DNA of 64,000 nt from contig JAIPJF010000005.1 in the NCBI GenBank assembly GCA_021734325.1, positions 4,028-68,027 on the forward strand, in the 5' to 3' direction. The first letter of the stretch is position 1. Each line of letters opens with the position of its first letter. Below are positions 44,914-54,698 of the stretch, one piece after another. The notes beneath the pieces are model-generated. The model was given only the letters and a program-made list of their open reading frames with translations, did no database searches and was not told the origin of the DNA. Made by a program: the position numbers and the translations under genes. Source of the DNA: Fidelibacterota bacterium. GTDB lineage: Bacteria > Fidelibacterota > UBA8477 > JABMPR01.

Positions 44914-46329
44914 ATGTCAGAGTCAATCCATGCAGAAGTAGTTGTCCTTGGAGCCGGACCCGGAGGTTATGCCGCGGCTTTTCGTGCCTCTGATCTTGGG
45001 AAAAGTGTTGTCCTTATTGATAAGGGGAAAACCCTGGGCGGTGTTTGCTTAAACCGGGGATGCATTCCATCAAAGGCCTTACTTCATCTGGCTCGAGTGA
45101 AATCAGAAAGTGCGGAAGTAAAGAGCTTTGGATTAAGTTTTTCTGAACCGGAATGGGATCTGGAGGCAGTGAAAAAGTGGAAGGATGAGAGAGTCGTTGG
45201 GCGCTTGACCAAAGGAATCGCCGCCCTGGCAAAGGTTCGGAAAGTTCAAGTTATTGAAGGCTCTGGGGTTTTTGTTTCAAAAGATACTATTGAAGTCACC
45301 AAGGAAGATTCAGTTACTCAGGTCACATTTGATGATGCCATCATAGCTGTTGGATCCCATCCGACCAAAATTCCTGGATTCCCTGAAGATCCCCGTATCA
45401 TGGATTCAACATCTGCGCTGGAGTTAGATGGTATTCCTGAAAAATTGTTGATCATCGGGGGTGGCTACATCGGATTGGAGATGGGTACCATTTATTCTGC
45501 AATGGGATCTGAAGTAACCGTGGTTGAATTTATGCCAAACCTATTACCTGGTGCTGATCCCGATGTGGTCAAGCCACTTGAGAAGCGTCTGCAAAAGGAT
45601 TTTGCATCCATCCGTACCGCTACAAAGGTTCAGGGCATTGAAGCTCTGCCTGATCATCTTGCAGTTAGCATAGAAGGTGCAAATGGCGTTGAGACCTTGA
45701 GTGTGGATAAAGTGCTGGTTGCCGTGGGTCGCCGTCCAAATACCCATGGGAGTGGTTTTGAGACCATTGGTCTGGACATAAATGAAAGAGGCTTTATCAA
45801 AGTCAATCAAAGACGTCAGACCAATATTCCACACATTTATGCCATTGGTGATATCACTGGTGATCCCATGTTGGCTCATAAAGCGACTCACGAAGGCAAG
45901 GTGGCAGCTGAGGTTATTGCCGGAGAGCCGGCAGCATTTGATTCATCTGTCATTCCTGCTGTTATATTTACCGATCCTGAAATTGCCTGGGCTGGTCTTA
46001 CTGAGACCCAGGCTAAAGAGCAGGGAATCGAGTATGATAAGGGTGTGTTCCCCTGGTCTGCAAGCGGTCGTGCGCTGGCATTGGGTCGCACTGAGGGTTT
46101 TTCAAAGGCACTGTTTGAGAAACAGACCGGCAGACTCATTGGGATGAGTATTGTAGGGACAAATGCCGGTGATCTCATAGCCGAAGCTGTTCTGGCTATT
46201 GAAATGGGAGCAGATGCTGAAGACATTGCACTTATTATTCATCCCCATCCAAGTCTCTCTGAATCGGTTGGCAATGCAGCTGAGATAGTTGCCGGGAGCA
46301 TCACAGACCTATTCGCGCCTAAAAAGTGA
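44914..46329 (+). CDS. lpd: Dihydrolipoyl dehydrogenase E3
   Basis: Start at 'MSESIHAEVVVLGAGPGGYAAAF', preceded by RBS aggag. Redox disulfide motif 'GGVCLNRGCIPSK'. The C-terminal interface contains 'HPHPSLSE'. Confidence 0.95.
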   Translation: MSESIHAEVVVLGAGPGGYAAAFRASDLGKSVVLIDKGKTLGGVCLNRGCIPSKALLHLARVKSESAEVKSFGLSFSEPEWDLEAVKKWKDERVVGRLTKGIAALAKVRKVQVIEGSGVFVSKDTIEVTKEDSVTQVTFDDAIIAVGSHPTKIPGFPEDPRIMDSTSALELDGIPEKLLIIGGGYIGLEMGTIYSAMGSEVTVVEFMPNLLPGADPDVVKPLEKRLQKDFASIRTATKVQGIEALPDHLAVSIEGANGVETLSVDKVLVAVGRRPNTHGSGFETIGLDINERGFIKVNQRRQTNIPHIYAIGDITGDPMLAHKATHEGKVAAEVIAGEPAAFDSSVIPAVIFTDPEIAWAGLTETQAKEQGIEYDKGVFPWSASGRALALGRTEGFSKALFEKQTGRLIGMSIVGTNAGDLIAEAVLAIEMGADAEDIALIIHPHPSLSESVGNAAEIVAGSITDLFAPKK

Positions 46330-46469
46330 GCTGCAAATCGGGGGCAATTTCAATTAGCAGGATCTGCAGAAGGTCATCACGCACTATTGGATGGTTTCAG
46401 TATGCGATTATATTTTACGAGAAATCTAGATATTTTAAATGACCCTGAAACACATCTAAAAGGCCGATT

Positions 46470-46925
46470 ATGCAATATCGATTGATAGATCATGGGACTG
46501 ATGCCTATGAACAATCGCTGAGACTGAGACATGATCTTCTGAGAGTTCCTCTTGGAATGGACTTGTATGATGGTTCTTATGATGATCTCAGCCAGGAACA
46601 TCGATACTATCATTTTGGAGCCTTTGATGAGGAGGGGAAGCTGGTTGCCAGTATCCTTGGTATCCCCAATTCCCCCTCGGAGGTACGTTTAAAGCAAATG
46701 GTGGTTTCAAAGGTTCAGCAGAAAAAGGGGATAGGGAAAAGACTCTTTTTGGCTTTTGAAGCCTATTTATTGAACCTTGGCTTCAAGGTTTTTATTCTGC
46801 ATGCCCGGAAAGCAGCCTATGGCTTTTACTTGAACATGGGCTATGAAATCATTGGTGATGAGTTTGAGGAAGTGGGCATCCCCCATTATAAAATGTCAAA
46901 GAAATTTATTTCAACTTCCGACTAA
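46470..46925 (+). CDS. GNAT family N-acetyltransferase
   Basis: 151 aa. The acetyl-CoA binding motif 'VQQKKGIGKRLFLAFE' fits the Q/RxxGxG/A pattern. Confidence 0.8.
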   Translation: MQYRLIDHGTDAYEQSLRLRHDLLRVPLGMDLYDGSYDDLSQEHRYYHFGAFDEEGKLVASILGIPNSPSEVRLKQMVVSKVQQKKGIGKRLFLAFEAYLLNLGFKVFILHARKAAYGFYLNMGYEIIGDEFEEVGIPHYKMSKKFISTSD

Positions 46926-46965
46926 TATCATTAGGTTACTTTTACTCAATTAGATGAAATGAAAA

Positions 46966-47001
46966 CCGCCCATCCCGTGTAGCGTTCTCCGGGATGGGCG
47001 G
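46966..47001. terminator. Bidirectional rho-independent terminator between convergent genes
   Basis: ccgcccatcccg-(12-nt loop)-cgggatgggcgg: a perfect 12-bp GC-rich stem flanked by an A-run (5') and ctttctttt (3'). Confidence 0.85.
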
Positions 47002-47027
47002 CTTTCTTTTCTAAAACTAAATGGTGC

Positions 47028-48275
47028 TTAGAACATATAGACGATGTCTGCGCAAATAGCAAAGGTTCCGAAAACAGCTGGGTCACCACTAAAAAGCATC
47101 TGTGGTCCCATAAGCCAGAAATTGTTATTGATCAGGACATCCAGTTTAAGATCACCATAATTAAATCCCATACCGGCATTGTAGTTATAAATACCATTGG
47201 CTCCCAGTACGAAAGATGATTGGGTATCCTCGTCATCAACCAAACCAGATTTGTAAACCTGAGTTGAACTTGAGTAGCCCAGGGAAGTGATCATTCGTTC
47301 CATGCCAAACCTGAGAGACGCGTATTTAAGTTTGGCCTCCAAACCTATATTAAATACAGGTGCAACAATGCCGAAACTCATATCAGTATCCTTGGATTCG
47401 CTTCCACTCAGAAGATTTTCATCAGCAGTGCGAGAAAAATTCATAAGGCCACCGAGACCATAGACCAGGAATATCTTGTCATTTGCTAAATTCTGGTTGT
47501 TAAACAGGTGATAGCTTGAGTAGATGGAGAATGCGCCCTCTGACTGGTCCTCAATTTTTGTGTTTGCAGCAGTGTATTCGCTGGAAGATCCTTGATATCC
47601 AATCCCGAATAATGCATAACTATTGTCGAAAAAGAATAATCCTTTCTTTGCTCTGGCTTTTGTCTGCAGAACAAAGCTCAGCTTGGAAGCTTTACCTTCA
47701 TCCTTGGTCGTGCTTGCTCCAGACTTCACTTCTCTGAAATAACTACCATGAGGTGTTGTCAAAGCGCCTACGAGTGCATTAATATCATCAGGAGTCAGGC
47801 CAAAAGACAGGTTGGTTGAGAATTCAGTATCACCCATATCCATACCAAACTCAAAATCCATCATCATATTCAGCTTGGATAAAGAAAATTCATCGGTCGT
47901 TGGTGGGGCCTCTTTGTCATCATCCAGGCTGGAGTCCCGTATGATACCAAAACGTCCCCCCAGACGGATGGCGCTCTTGCTCCCAAGACTGCGCAGAACA
48001 TTTATATAATCGTCTTTCTCAGTGCTTCCCCCATAAAATCCCCAGGTCTTTCCGGGGTCGCCCACGACAAGGAGATAATCTGGACTGGCCAAATGTACAT
48101 CCCGAAAATACACTAAATTCATATCGTTAATTCTTTGTGGGAAAAGTTGTATAGATGCATCGTCCCCCGGCAGCATATACGGGTCATTCCCCAGTGCCTG
48201 AACTCGTTTATCAGTTGCAAGTGCAGAGCTGAGTACTACGAGTATGGCCAAAATTGTCACAATAAGCTTCTTCAT
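47028..48275 (-). CDS. Predicted outer-membrane beta-barrel protein
   Basis: Start at 'MKKLIVTILAILVVLSSALA' (signal peptide). The body is Gly/Ser/Asp-rich with alternating strands. The C-terminus '...ADIVYMF' ends in an aromatic residue, as is typical of OMPs. Confidence 0.55.
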   Translation of the reverse strand: MKKLIVTILAILVVLSSALATDKRVQALGNDPYMLPGDDASIQLFPQRINDMNLVYFRDVHLASPDYLLVVGDPGKTWGFYGGSTEKDDYINVLRSLGSKSAIRLGGRFGIIRDSSLDDDKEAPPTTDEFSLSKLNMMMDFEFGMDMGDTEFSTNLSFGLTPDDINALVGALTTPHGSYFREVKSGASTTKDEGKASKLSFVLQTKARAKKGLFFFDNSYALFGIGYQGSSSEYTAANTKIEDQSEGAFSIYSSYHLFNNQNLANDKIFLVYGLGGLMNFSRTADENLLSGSESKDTDMSFGIVAPVFNIGLEAKLKYASLRFGMERMITSLGYSSSTQVYKSGLVDDEDTQSSFVLGANGIYNYNAGMGFNYGDLKLDVLINNNFWLMGPQMLFSGDPAVFGTFAICADIVYMF

Positions 48276-48693
48276 TATTTCCCTTCCTTTTATACCTTTA
48301 GTGTTCAGAATTATCATAAAATATAACTCCCAGAATCGAGAAAACCAAAACCATCATTATAGTTGCCTTTATTAATAATTAGTGAAAGTGAGTCATCTCA
48401 CTGAATATAATATATGACAAATATACTCACATAATGGCATTATAAATGGGGTTACACCAAAAAAATAAAATTAGAAAATCAGCATTTGTAACTATCGATT
48501 TTGACATTATATTCTTTTCGCAATTAATAATTAAAGTGAAATATAGGATAAAATCAGTCATGATTAGCGACTGTTTTTTTAATTCCGATATTGAAAAATT
48601 ATTGTAACCCCTGTCTTGAAAAGATGATGGCTGAGATCAGCCTTTGCATAGAAAACTATAGCTCAAATAACACCATCCGGAAAGGGTAACTGA

Positions 48694-49839
48694 ATGGGTA
48701 AATTAATGGAAACCAATGAAGCCCTGGAACTGTCCTACTCTGAAGAGTTGGCCGCACAGGGAGTATCACGTCGCAGTTTTTTAAAATTCTGTACAGCCAT
48801 TACGGCAGCTATGGGTCTGCCTGCATCCATGGTTGCCAGAGTAGCAGAAACGATTACAAGTCCAAAACGAACACCTGTAATCTGGTTACATTTTCAAGAA
48901 TGTACCGGTTGCACTGAATCTCTCTTGAGAACAACACATCCAACGGTTGAAGAACTGGTACTCGACATCATATCTCTCGATTATTCAGAGACGCTCTGTG
49001 CTGCTGCCGGACATCAGGTAGAGAAGTCACTCAATGACTCTGCAAAGGCAAACGAAGGCAAATATATACTGGTTGTAGAAGGTTCCATTCCCGTTAAAGC
49101 GGATGGTGTCTATTGCAAAATAGCCGGTCGTACGGCTTTGGATATACTCAATGATTATGGTTCAAGGGCTGCTGCCATTGTTGCCATAGGATCCTGTGCT
49201 TCATGGGGCGGTGTCCAATCATCCAGTCCCAATCCAACTGGCGCCACCGGCGTTCATAAGATTATTAAAGACAAACCTGTGATCAATCTTCCAGGTTGTC
49301 CAGCCAGTCCATACAACCTGCTCTCAACTGTTCTGTATTACCTTACACTGGGCAAACTTCCTCAATTGGACAGTAAAGGTAGGCCGAAGTTTGCCTATGG
49401 ACGATTGATCCATGAGCATTGCGAACGTCGGCCCCATTTTGATGCCGGTCGTTTTGCGCTAGAGTTTGGGGATGAGGGCCACAGAGAAGGTTATTGTCTG
49501 TACAAACTCGGGTGTAAGGGTCCAGAAACTTACAACAACTGTTCCTCCATTTTGTTTGGGGATGTTGGATCCGGTGCGTGGCCTGTTGGGACAGGACATC
49601 CCTGTGTTGGCTGCTCGGAAGAAGGCGTTGGGTTTACAAAATTCATCCATGAACAAGCGGATGTTTATACTGACACACCTCCTGCCTCACATTCAGGGAT
49701 TAACAGTGAGAAAGCTGGGGGTATCACTGTTGGCGGGGCCGCCGCAGCAGGTGCTGTTGGTGGTATTATCGTCGGAGCCAGTGTCATGGCTGCGAAAAAA
49801 ATGAAGACTGAAGCAAGCGCAACGGAATCAGACGCATAA
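48694..49839 (+). CDS. hybO: [NiFe] hydrogenase small subunit (membrane-bound uptake type) with Tat signal and C-terminal anchor
   Basis: Tat motif 'SRRSFLKFCTAITAAMG'. FeS ligand blocks 'LHFQECTGCTESLL' and 'GSCASWGG'. Distal-cluster Cys/His pattern 'HEHCERRPHF...CLYKLGCKGP.TYNNC...GHPCVGC'. C-terminal TM helix. The gene order matches hybOABCD. Confidence 0.93.
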   Translation: MGKLMETNEALELSYSEELAAQGVSRRSFLKFCTAITAAMGLPASMVARVAETITSPKRTPVIWLHFQECTGCTESLLRTTHPTVEELVLDIISLDYSETLCAAAGHQVEKSLNDSAKANEGKYILVVEGSIPVKADGVYCKIAGRTALDILNDYGSRAAAIVAIGSCASWGGVQSSSPNPTGATGVHKIIKDKPVINLPGCPASPYNLLSTVLYYLTLGKLPQLDSKGRPKFAYGRLIHEHCERRPHFDAGRFALEFGDEGHREGYCLYKLGCKGPETYNNCSSILFGDVGSGAWPVGTGHPCVGCSEEGVGFTKFIHEQADVYTDTPPASHSGINSEKAGGITVGGAAAAGAVGGIIVGASVMAAKKMKTEASATESDA

Positions 49840-49849
49840 GGAGTTGAAG

Positions 49850-50827
49850 ATGAACCTTGAACGTAGAGATTTTTTAAAGGTTCTTTCAGCCGGTGCATTG
49901 ACTGCTGGTAATGTCACGAGTGTTTTTGCTGATATTAGAAAAACCTTGTCACCTAATGCCGTTGGTATTCTATATGATGGAACCATCTGTATTGGGTGTA
50001 AAGCTTGTGAGGCTGCTTGCAAGCAGTACAATGATATGCCGCCTGAAAGCGGAAGTTTAGAAAAAGCATATGGTGTGAATGACATCTGGGACGATACCTC
50101 GGATATATCTGAAAAAACGCTGAATAAAATCAAGTTATTCGAACATGGTGATGCTTCAGTGCGCAATCGTGAAGAGAATGGCTTTGCATTTGTCAAGAGG
50201 GCCTGCATGCATTGCGTGGATCCTGACTGTGTCTCAGCTTGTCCAGTGACCGCACTCACTAAAAATGAGACTACGGGTATCGTCGAGTACAATAAAGATG
50301 CCTGTATAGGTTGTCGCTACTGTATGGTGGCCTGCCCGTATAATGTGCCAAAATTCGAATACGCCAAGGCCATACCGGAGATCGTAAAATGTGAAATGTG
50401 TGGTCATCGTCAGGTTGTGGGTGACATACCCGCTTGTTGTGAATTCTGCCCGACGGGTGCCTCTGTATTTGGCAAGGTAACGGACCTTCTGAAGGAAGCG
50501 CACAAGCGTATAGATCTTGCTGTCGGTTCGAGTTATGACTACCCCATGAGAAACTTGGATTCCGGAGATACCAGTCCGAAGACAGTCGCATCCTACATCA
50601 ACTACATCTATGGTGAGAGGGAAGGTGGCGGTACACAGTATCTACTTCTTTCTGCTATCCCATTTACAAAACTTGGTCTACCGGAAGTATCTGAGACGTC
50701 TTCTGCGTCCAAGTCCGAAGGTCTCCAACATGGGATTTACAAAGGTATGGTAGCCCCCATCGCACTTCTGGGTGGACTTTTGTATGGCGCTTACCAAACA
50801 ACAAAAAATGAAAATTCAGAAGGTTAG
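49850..50827 (+). CDS. hybA: Tat-exported 4x[4Fe-4S] ferredoxin-like subunit (HybA/NrfC/DsrO type) with C-terminal anchor
   Basis: RBS aaggag 6 nt upstream of the ATG. 'RRDFLKVLSAGAL' is the Tat motif. Cys clusters 'CIGCKACEAAC', 'CMHCVDPDCVSACP', 'CIGCRYCMVACP' and 'CEMCGHR'. C-terminal TM helix 'MVAPIALLGGLLYGAY'. Confidence 0.85.
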   Translation: MNLERRDFLKVLSAGALTAGNVTSVFADIRKTLSPNAVGILYDGTICIGCKACEAACKQYNDMPPESGSLEKAYGVNDIWDDTSDISEKTLNKIKLFEHGDASVRNREENGFAFVKRACMHCVDPDCVSACPVTALTKNETTGIVEYNKDACIGCRYCMVACPYNVPKFEYAKAIPEIVKCEMCGHRQVVGDIPACCEFCPTGASVFGKVTDLLKEAHKRIDLAVGSSYDYPMRNLDSGDTSPKTVASYINYIYGEREGGGTQYLLLSAIPFTKLGLPEVSETSSASKSEGLQHGIYKGMVAPIALLGGLLYGAYQTTKNENSEG

Positions 50828-50836
50828 GAGGAGCAG

Positions 50837-51979
50837 ATGACACACGAAAGAAAACCGCTCGGCGGCAAACTGCTCACAAAACCGTTCTGGGTTTTACTGA
50901 GCCTGGCAATGATCGCTGGTTTGTTGCTGATCAAACGCTTTCTGTTTGGAATAGGGGCAGTCACAAACCTATCAGACGGTTATCCCTGGGGCATCTGGAT
51001 CGTTTATGATGTTCTGGTGGGAACTGCACTGGGTTGCGGTGGCTATTCAATTGCACTCCTGGTTTATATCTTTAATAAAGGTGAGTATCATCCGCTGGTA
51101 AGAACTGCGCTTATGACCAGTGTCTTTGGCTACACCCTTGCCGGTGTATCTATCTTTATTGATATTGGTCGCTACTGGCAGATGTACAACGTATTCTTAC
51201 CCTGGCATATTAATGTGAATTCCATCATGTTCGAAGTTGCGGCATGTATTGGAGCATACGTTTTTGTGCTCTGGCTGGAATTCTCACCTACATTCATGGA
51301 AAAGCTGAATGCCGACAAAGCGAAAAACAAAATGAATAAAGTACTTTTCATTTTTATTGCCCTCGGTGTGGTCTTGCCGACCATGCATCAATCGTCCCTT
51401 GGATCATTGATGATCATTGCAGGTGAGAAACTATCACCCATTTGGCAGACCAGCTGGCTTCCTCTCCTGTTTCTACTCACAGCAATCACCATGGGTTATG
51501 CCATCGTGATTTTTGAGTCTCTGTTTACAGCAGTGGCTTTGAAGAGACCCCTGGAGGAAACTCCAATACTGGGTAAGTTGAGTAGAATCATGATTCCCTT
51601 ACTCGTTCTTTTTATGCTCTTACGTTTTGGTGATCTGGCCTGGAGGGGTCAACTTGGAAATATCTTTACCAACGGATTGTTGGGTGGCTTTTTTGTAATC
51701 GAAAACATACTGTTTCTGATTCCAATCGTCATGCTGGCATCCGCCAAGAACAGAATGAAAGCAAGTACTCTGTTCTGGTCATCCGGGGCCATGCTTCTGG
51801 GAGGGGCGCTCTATCGATTTGATACCTTCCTGGTTGCCTTTAATCCAGGTCCGGGATACCATTATTTCCCATCAGCATCAGAAATCTTGATCACAGTTGG
51901 CATCGTTTCCGTTGAGATCATGGCATATCTGATCTTTGTTAAGAAGCTCCCGGTTCTGCCGGTGGTCAAAACTTCATAA
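50837..51979 (+). CDS. hybB: NrfD/HybB-family integral membrane quinone-interacting subunit
   Basis: 380 aa, about 10 TM helices. 'YPWGIWIVYDVLVGTALGCGGY' and 'LPTMHQSSLGSLM' are NrfD/HybB-like. It sits between the hybA-like and large-subunit genes. Confidence 0.85.
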   Translation: MTHERKPLGGKLLTKPFWVLLSLAMIAGLLLIKRFLFGIGAVTNLSDGYPWGIWIVYDVLVGTALGCGGYSIALLVYIFNKGEYHPLVRTALMTSVFGYTLAGVSIFIDIGRYWQMYNVFLPWHINVNSIMFEVAACIGAYVFVLWLEFSPTFMEKLNADKAKNKMNKVLFIFIALGVVLPTMHQSSLGSLMIIAGEKLSPIWQTSWLPLLFLLTAITMGYAIVIFESLFTAVALKRPLEETPILGKLSRIMIPLLVLFMLLRFGDLAWRGQLGNIFTNGLLGGFFVIENILFLIPIVMLASAKNRMKASTLFWSSGAMLLGGALYRFDTFLVAFNPGPGYHYFPSASEILITVGIVSVEIMAYLIFVKKLPVLPVVKTS

Positions 51980-52003
51980 ATAGAAGACATGAGGATACTA
52001 TAA

Positions 52004-53710
52004 ATGACAAAAAGAATTGTAGTCGATCCGGTCACTCGCATAGAGGGCCATCTTAGAATTGATTGTGATGTAACCAATGGACAGGTGAGCAAAGCATGGT
52101 CATCAGGTCAGATGTGGCGTGGTATTGAGACGATCCTCAAGGGTCGGGATCCAAGAGATGCCTGGGTTTTCACGCAGCGGATTTGTGGTGTTTGTACAAC
52201 CGTACATGCCATCGCTTCTGTTCGTGCAGTCGAGAATGCCCTGGATATGGAAATTCCAGTCAACGCCCAGTACATTCGCAACATGGTCATTGCTGCCCAT
52301 GGTATTCATGATCATATCGTCCATTTTTATCATCTTTCTGCCCTGGATTGGGTGGATGTGGTCTCGGCACTTTCTGCAGATCCCAAAGCAGCCTCCAAGC
52401 TTGCCCAGAGTCTTTCAGGACATCCAAATAATGGCTGGCAAGAATACAAGGCCGTTCAGGATAAACTGAAAACCTTTGTGGGATCTGGCCAGCTTGGAAT
52501 TTTTGCCAATGGTTACTGGGGACACCCAGCCATGAAGCTTCCTCCAGAAGTGAACCTGATCGCAGCGGCTCACTATCTGGAAGCTTTTGAGATCCAGAGA
52601 AAGGCCAATCAGATCACCACCATCCTGGGGTCCAAAACACCCCATATTCAGAATGTGGCTGTGGGTGGTGTTTCCAACCCCATCAATCCAGATAGTCAGG
52701 CTGCTTTGAATATGGAGAGATTGGCACTGGTCAAAGAACTTATGAACCAGTTGCAGTCCTTTATCTATAATGCCTACATTGTCGATGTGTGCGTTGTAGC
52801 ATCCTTCTACCAGGATTGGCTCGGATACGGATCAGGTGTGATGGATTATCTAAGTGTTCCTGATTTCCCGACAGATTCCAAGGGAACACAATTTGGAACT
52901 CCCGGTGGGTATATTCCCGGTGGTGATGTTTCAAAATTCAAACCAATAACTTCCTTCCATGACAACTATTTTCGCGATGGCGTCAAGGAAAGTGTAAAAC
53001 ATGCCTGGTATAAAGGTGAGAGCAATCTACATCCTTATAAAGGTGAGACCGAGCCCAACTATACTGATTTTCAGGATAATGGCAAATATTCATGGGTGAA
53101 GGCACCTACATTCCTGGGCAAACCTGCTCAAGTAGGACCACTGTCCAATGTTCTGGCCATGTATGCTTCCGGTCACAAGACCACCCAAAAGGTGGCCGGT
53201 GTCGCCCTGGGCAAGATCAAGGCCATCACCAAATCAAGTACTGACATACCGATCACCGTTCTCCACTCGACCCTGGGTCGTCATGCTGCCCGTGCTGTTA
53301 GATGTGCAGTGCTGTTTGAGGAACTGGAGAAGAACTATGATCTCCTGATCAACAATATTGCTGGTGGCGATATGACAACCTTCAATCCTCCCGTTTTTCC
53401 AAAGGGTGAACAACAGGGTTTTGGTTTTCATGAAGCCCCCCGTGGCGTCCTTTCACACTGGATTGTGATCAAGAATGGCAAGATCGACAACTATCAAGCC
53501 GTTGTGCCTTCCACCTGGAATGCAGCACCACGGAATGATAATGATGCCATCGGTCCCTATGAAGCATCACTCATGGGAAATCCAATCGCGGATGAGAACA
53601 AACCGCTTGAGGTATTGAGAACGGTTCACTCCTTTGATCCTTGTCTTGCGTGTGCGATCCACCTGCATGACAATAAGGGGAAGGATATTTCGAAGGTCAA
53701 TGTCCTCTAA
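52004..53710 (+). CDS. hybC: [NiFe] hydrogenase large subunit
   Basis: N-terminal 'DPVTRIEGH' and 'RICGVCT' (L1/L2 motifs). The C-terminal 'DPCLACAIH' Ni-binding motif has Cys rather than Sec. Confidence 0.95.
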   Translation: MTKRIVVDPVTRIEGHLRIDCDVTNGQVSKAWSSGQMWRGIETILKGRDPRDAWVFTQRICGVCTTVHAIASVRAVENALDMEIPVNAQYIRNMVIAAHGIHDHIVHFYHLSALDWVDVVSALSADPKAASKLAQSLSGHPNNGWQEYKAVQDKLKTFVGSGQLGIFANGYWGHPAMKLPPEVNLIAAAHYLEAFEIQRKANQITTILGSKTPHIQNVAVGGVSNPINPDSQAALNMERLALVKELMNQLQSFIYNAYIVDVCVVASFYQDWLGYGSGVMDYLSVPDFPTDSKGTQFGTPGGYIPGGDVSKFKPITSFHDNYFRDGVKESVKHAWYKGESNLHPYKGETEPNYTDFQDNGKYSWVKAPTFLGKPAQVGPLSNVLAMYASGHKTTQKVAGVALGKIKAITKSSTDIPITVLHSTLGRHAARAVRCAVLFEELEKNYDLLINNIAGGDMTTFNPPVFPKGEQQGFGFHEAPRGVLSHWIVIKNGKIDNYQAVVPSTWNAAPRNDNDAIGPYEASLMGNPIADENKPLEVLRTVHSFDPCLACAIHLHDNKGKDISKVNVL

Positions 53711-54191
53711 TCCTGAAGTGGTCGTAATCGGCCTGGGTAACATCCTCATGGAAGACGAGGGTGTTGGTGTCCATGCTGTCCGCCATTTAGAGGATAAATA
53801 TCGCTTTAATCCAGAGATCGAGATCGTTGATGGGGGTACCAGCGGTCTCGATCTTCTGCCGTTCTTCGGACCTGAAAAATCAATCTTACTGATTGATGCA
53901 GTCAATTTCAACATGGAGCCCGGGACAGTCGCCTCTCTGGAAGATGATGCAATCCTCGCCCAACTGGACCCCAAGATCTCTCTCCATCATCTCGGATTAT
54001 CAGATTTGATCAGTATCAGCGAATTGACGGATAGAAAAGCCAAAAAAATGACCCTCCTGGGTATCCAGCCAGAGTCCATGGATAATCTTGATCTGGAGAT
54101 GACGGACACCATCAAAGGCATATTTGACAAGGTTATTCAAAACGCCCTTCGTATTTTGAATGAATGGGGGATTGACTCTCAAAAAAAATAG
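53700..54191 (+). CDS. hybD: Hydrogenase maturation endopeptidase (HybD/HyaD family)
   Basis: Start at 'MSSNPEVVVIGLGNILMEDEGVGVHAV', the typical 'GxGNxxxxDDGxG'-like motif. 'IVDGGTSGLDLL' and 'LIDAV' are present. It overlaps the large-subunit stop by 11 nt. Confidence 0.9.
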   Translation: MSSNPEVVVIGLGNILMEDEGVGVHAVRHLEDKYRFNPEIEIVDGGTSGLDLLPFFGPEKSILLIDAVNFNMEPGTVASLEDDAILAQLDPKISLHHLGLSDLISISELTDRKAKKMTLLGIQPESMDNLDLEMTDTIKGIFDKVIQNALRILNEWGIDSQKK

Positions 54192-54287
54192 CTCGAGAAA
54201 TATGAGCCCTTTGCTAAAGATGCTCGCAAGTAGCAACAGTTTGACATTACAAAAAATATTGGCTTGATATTTGAACGCTTGATTCCT

Positions 54288-54698
54288 ATGAATATTTTTA
54301 CCAAGCCACACTTATTCCGCCTTGCACTTCAATTAATTGCTGTCCACTCATTCGCCGTCGGTGTAGGACTTATCGTGCTTCCCTTTGGAACGCTCTCGTG
54401 GCTTGGATTTACCGTCGATCCCTATCGCTTTTTTTCAACTCAGGGAGGCGTTTTCCATATTGTGATGAGCGTCGCGTATATACTGGCTTCAAGGGAACTG
54501 ATGCACTCACGAAGTCTGGTGGTCTTTATTATTATCGCCAAATGGGCTGCTTTTCTATTCCTCAGTTTATATTTTCTTTTTTCAGAAATGGTGCCGGTCA
54601 TTGCTTTGTCAGCCATCGGGGACGGATTGATGGGTTTGATTGTCCTGTTCTTCTATCTGGAACTTGATCGCATAGAGAATCAACGTGAAAACAGCTAA
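54288..54698 (+). CDS. Small hypothetical membrane protein (about 4 TM helices)
   Basis: ATG at 54288 ('MNIFTKPHLF...'); the track uses TTG 54264. Four hydrophobic helices. It overlaps the next gene's GTG start by 14 nt. Confidence 0.5.
   Translation: MNIFTKPHLFRLALQLIAVHSFAVGVGLIVLPFGTLSWLGFTVDPYRFFSTQGGVFHIVMSVAYILASRELMHSRSLVVFIIIAKWAAFLFLSLYFLFSEMVPVIALSAIGDGLMGLIVLFFYLELDRIENQRENS

Noticed and set aside
48628-48650. Possible sigma-54 promoter 'TGGCTGAGATCAGCCTTTGCAT' upstream of the hydrogenase operon
   Set aside because: The GG-to-GC spacing is 9 or 15 nt instead of the obligatory 10. I kept it only as an inverted repeat.
53680-53710. Possibility of a [NiFeSe] hydrogenase (Sec-encoding TGA)
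   Set aside because: The C-terminal Ni-binding motif is DPCLACAIH with ordinary Cys codons and no in-frame TGA.
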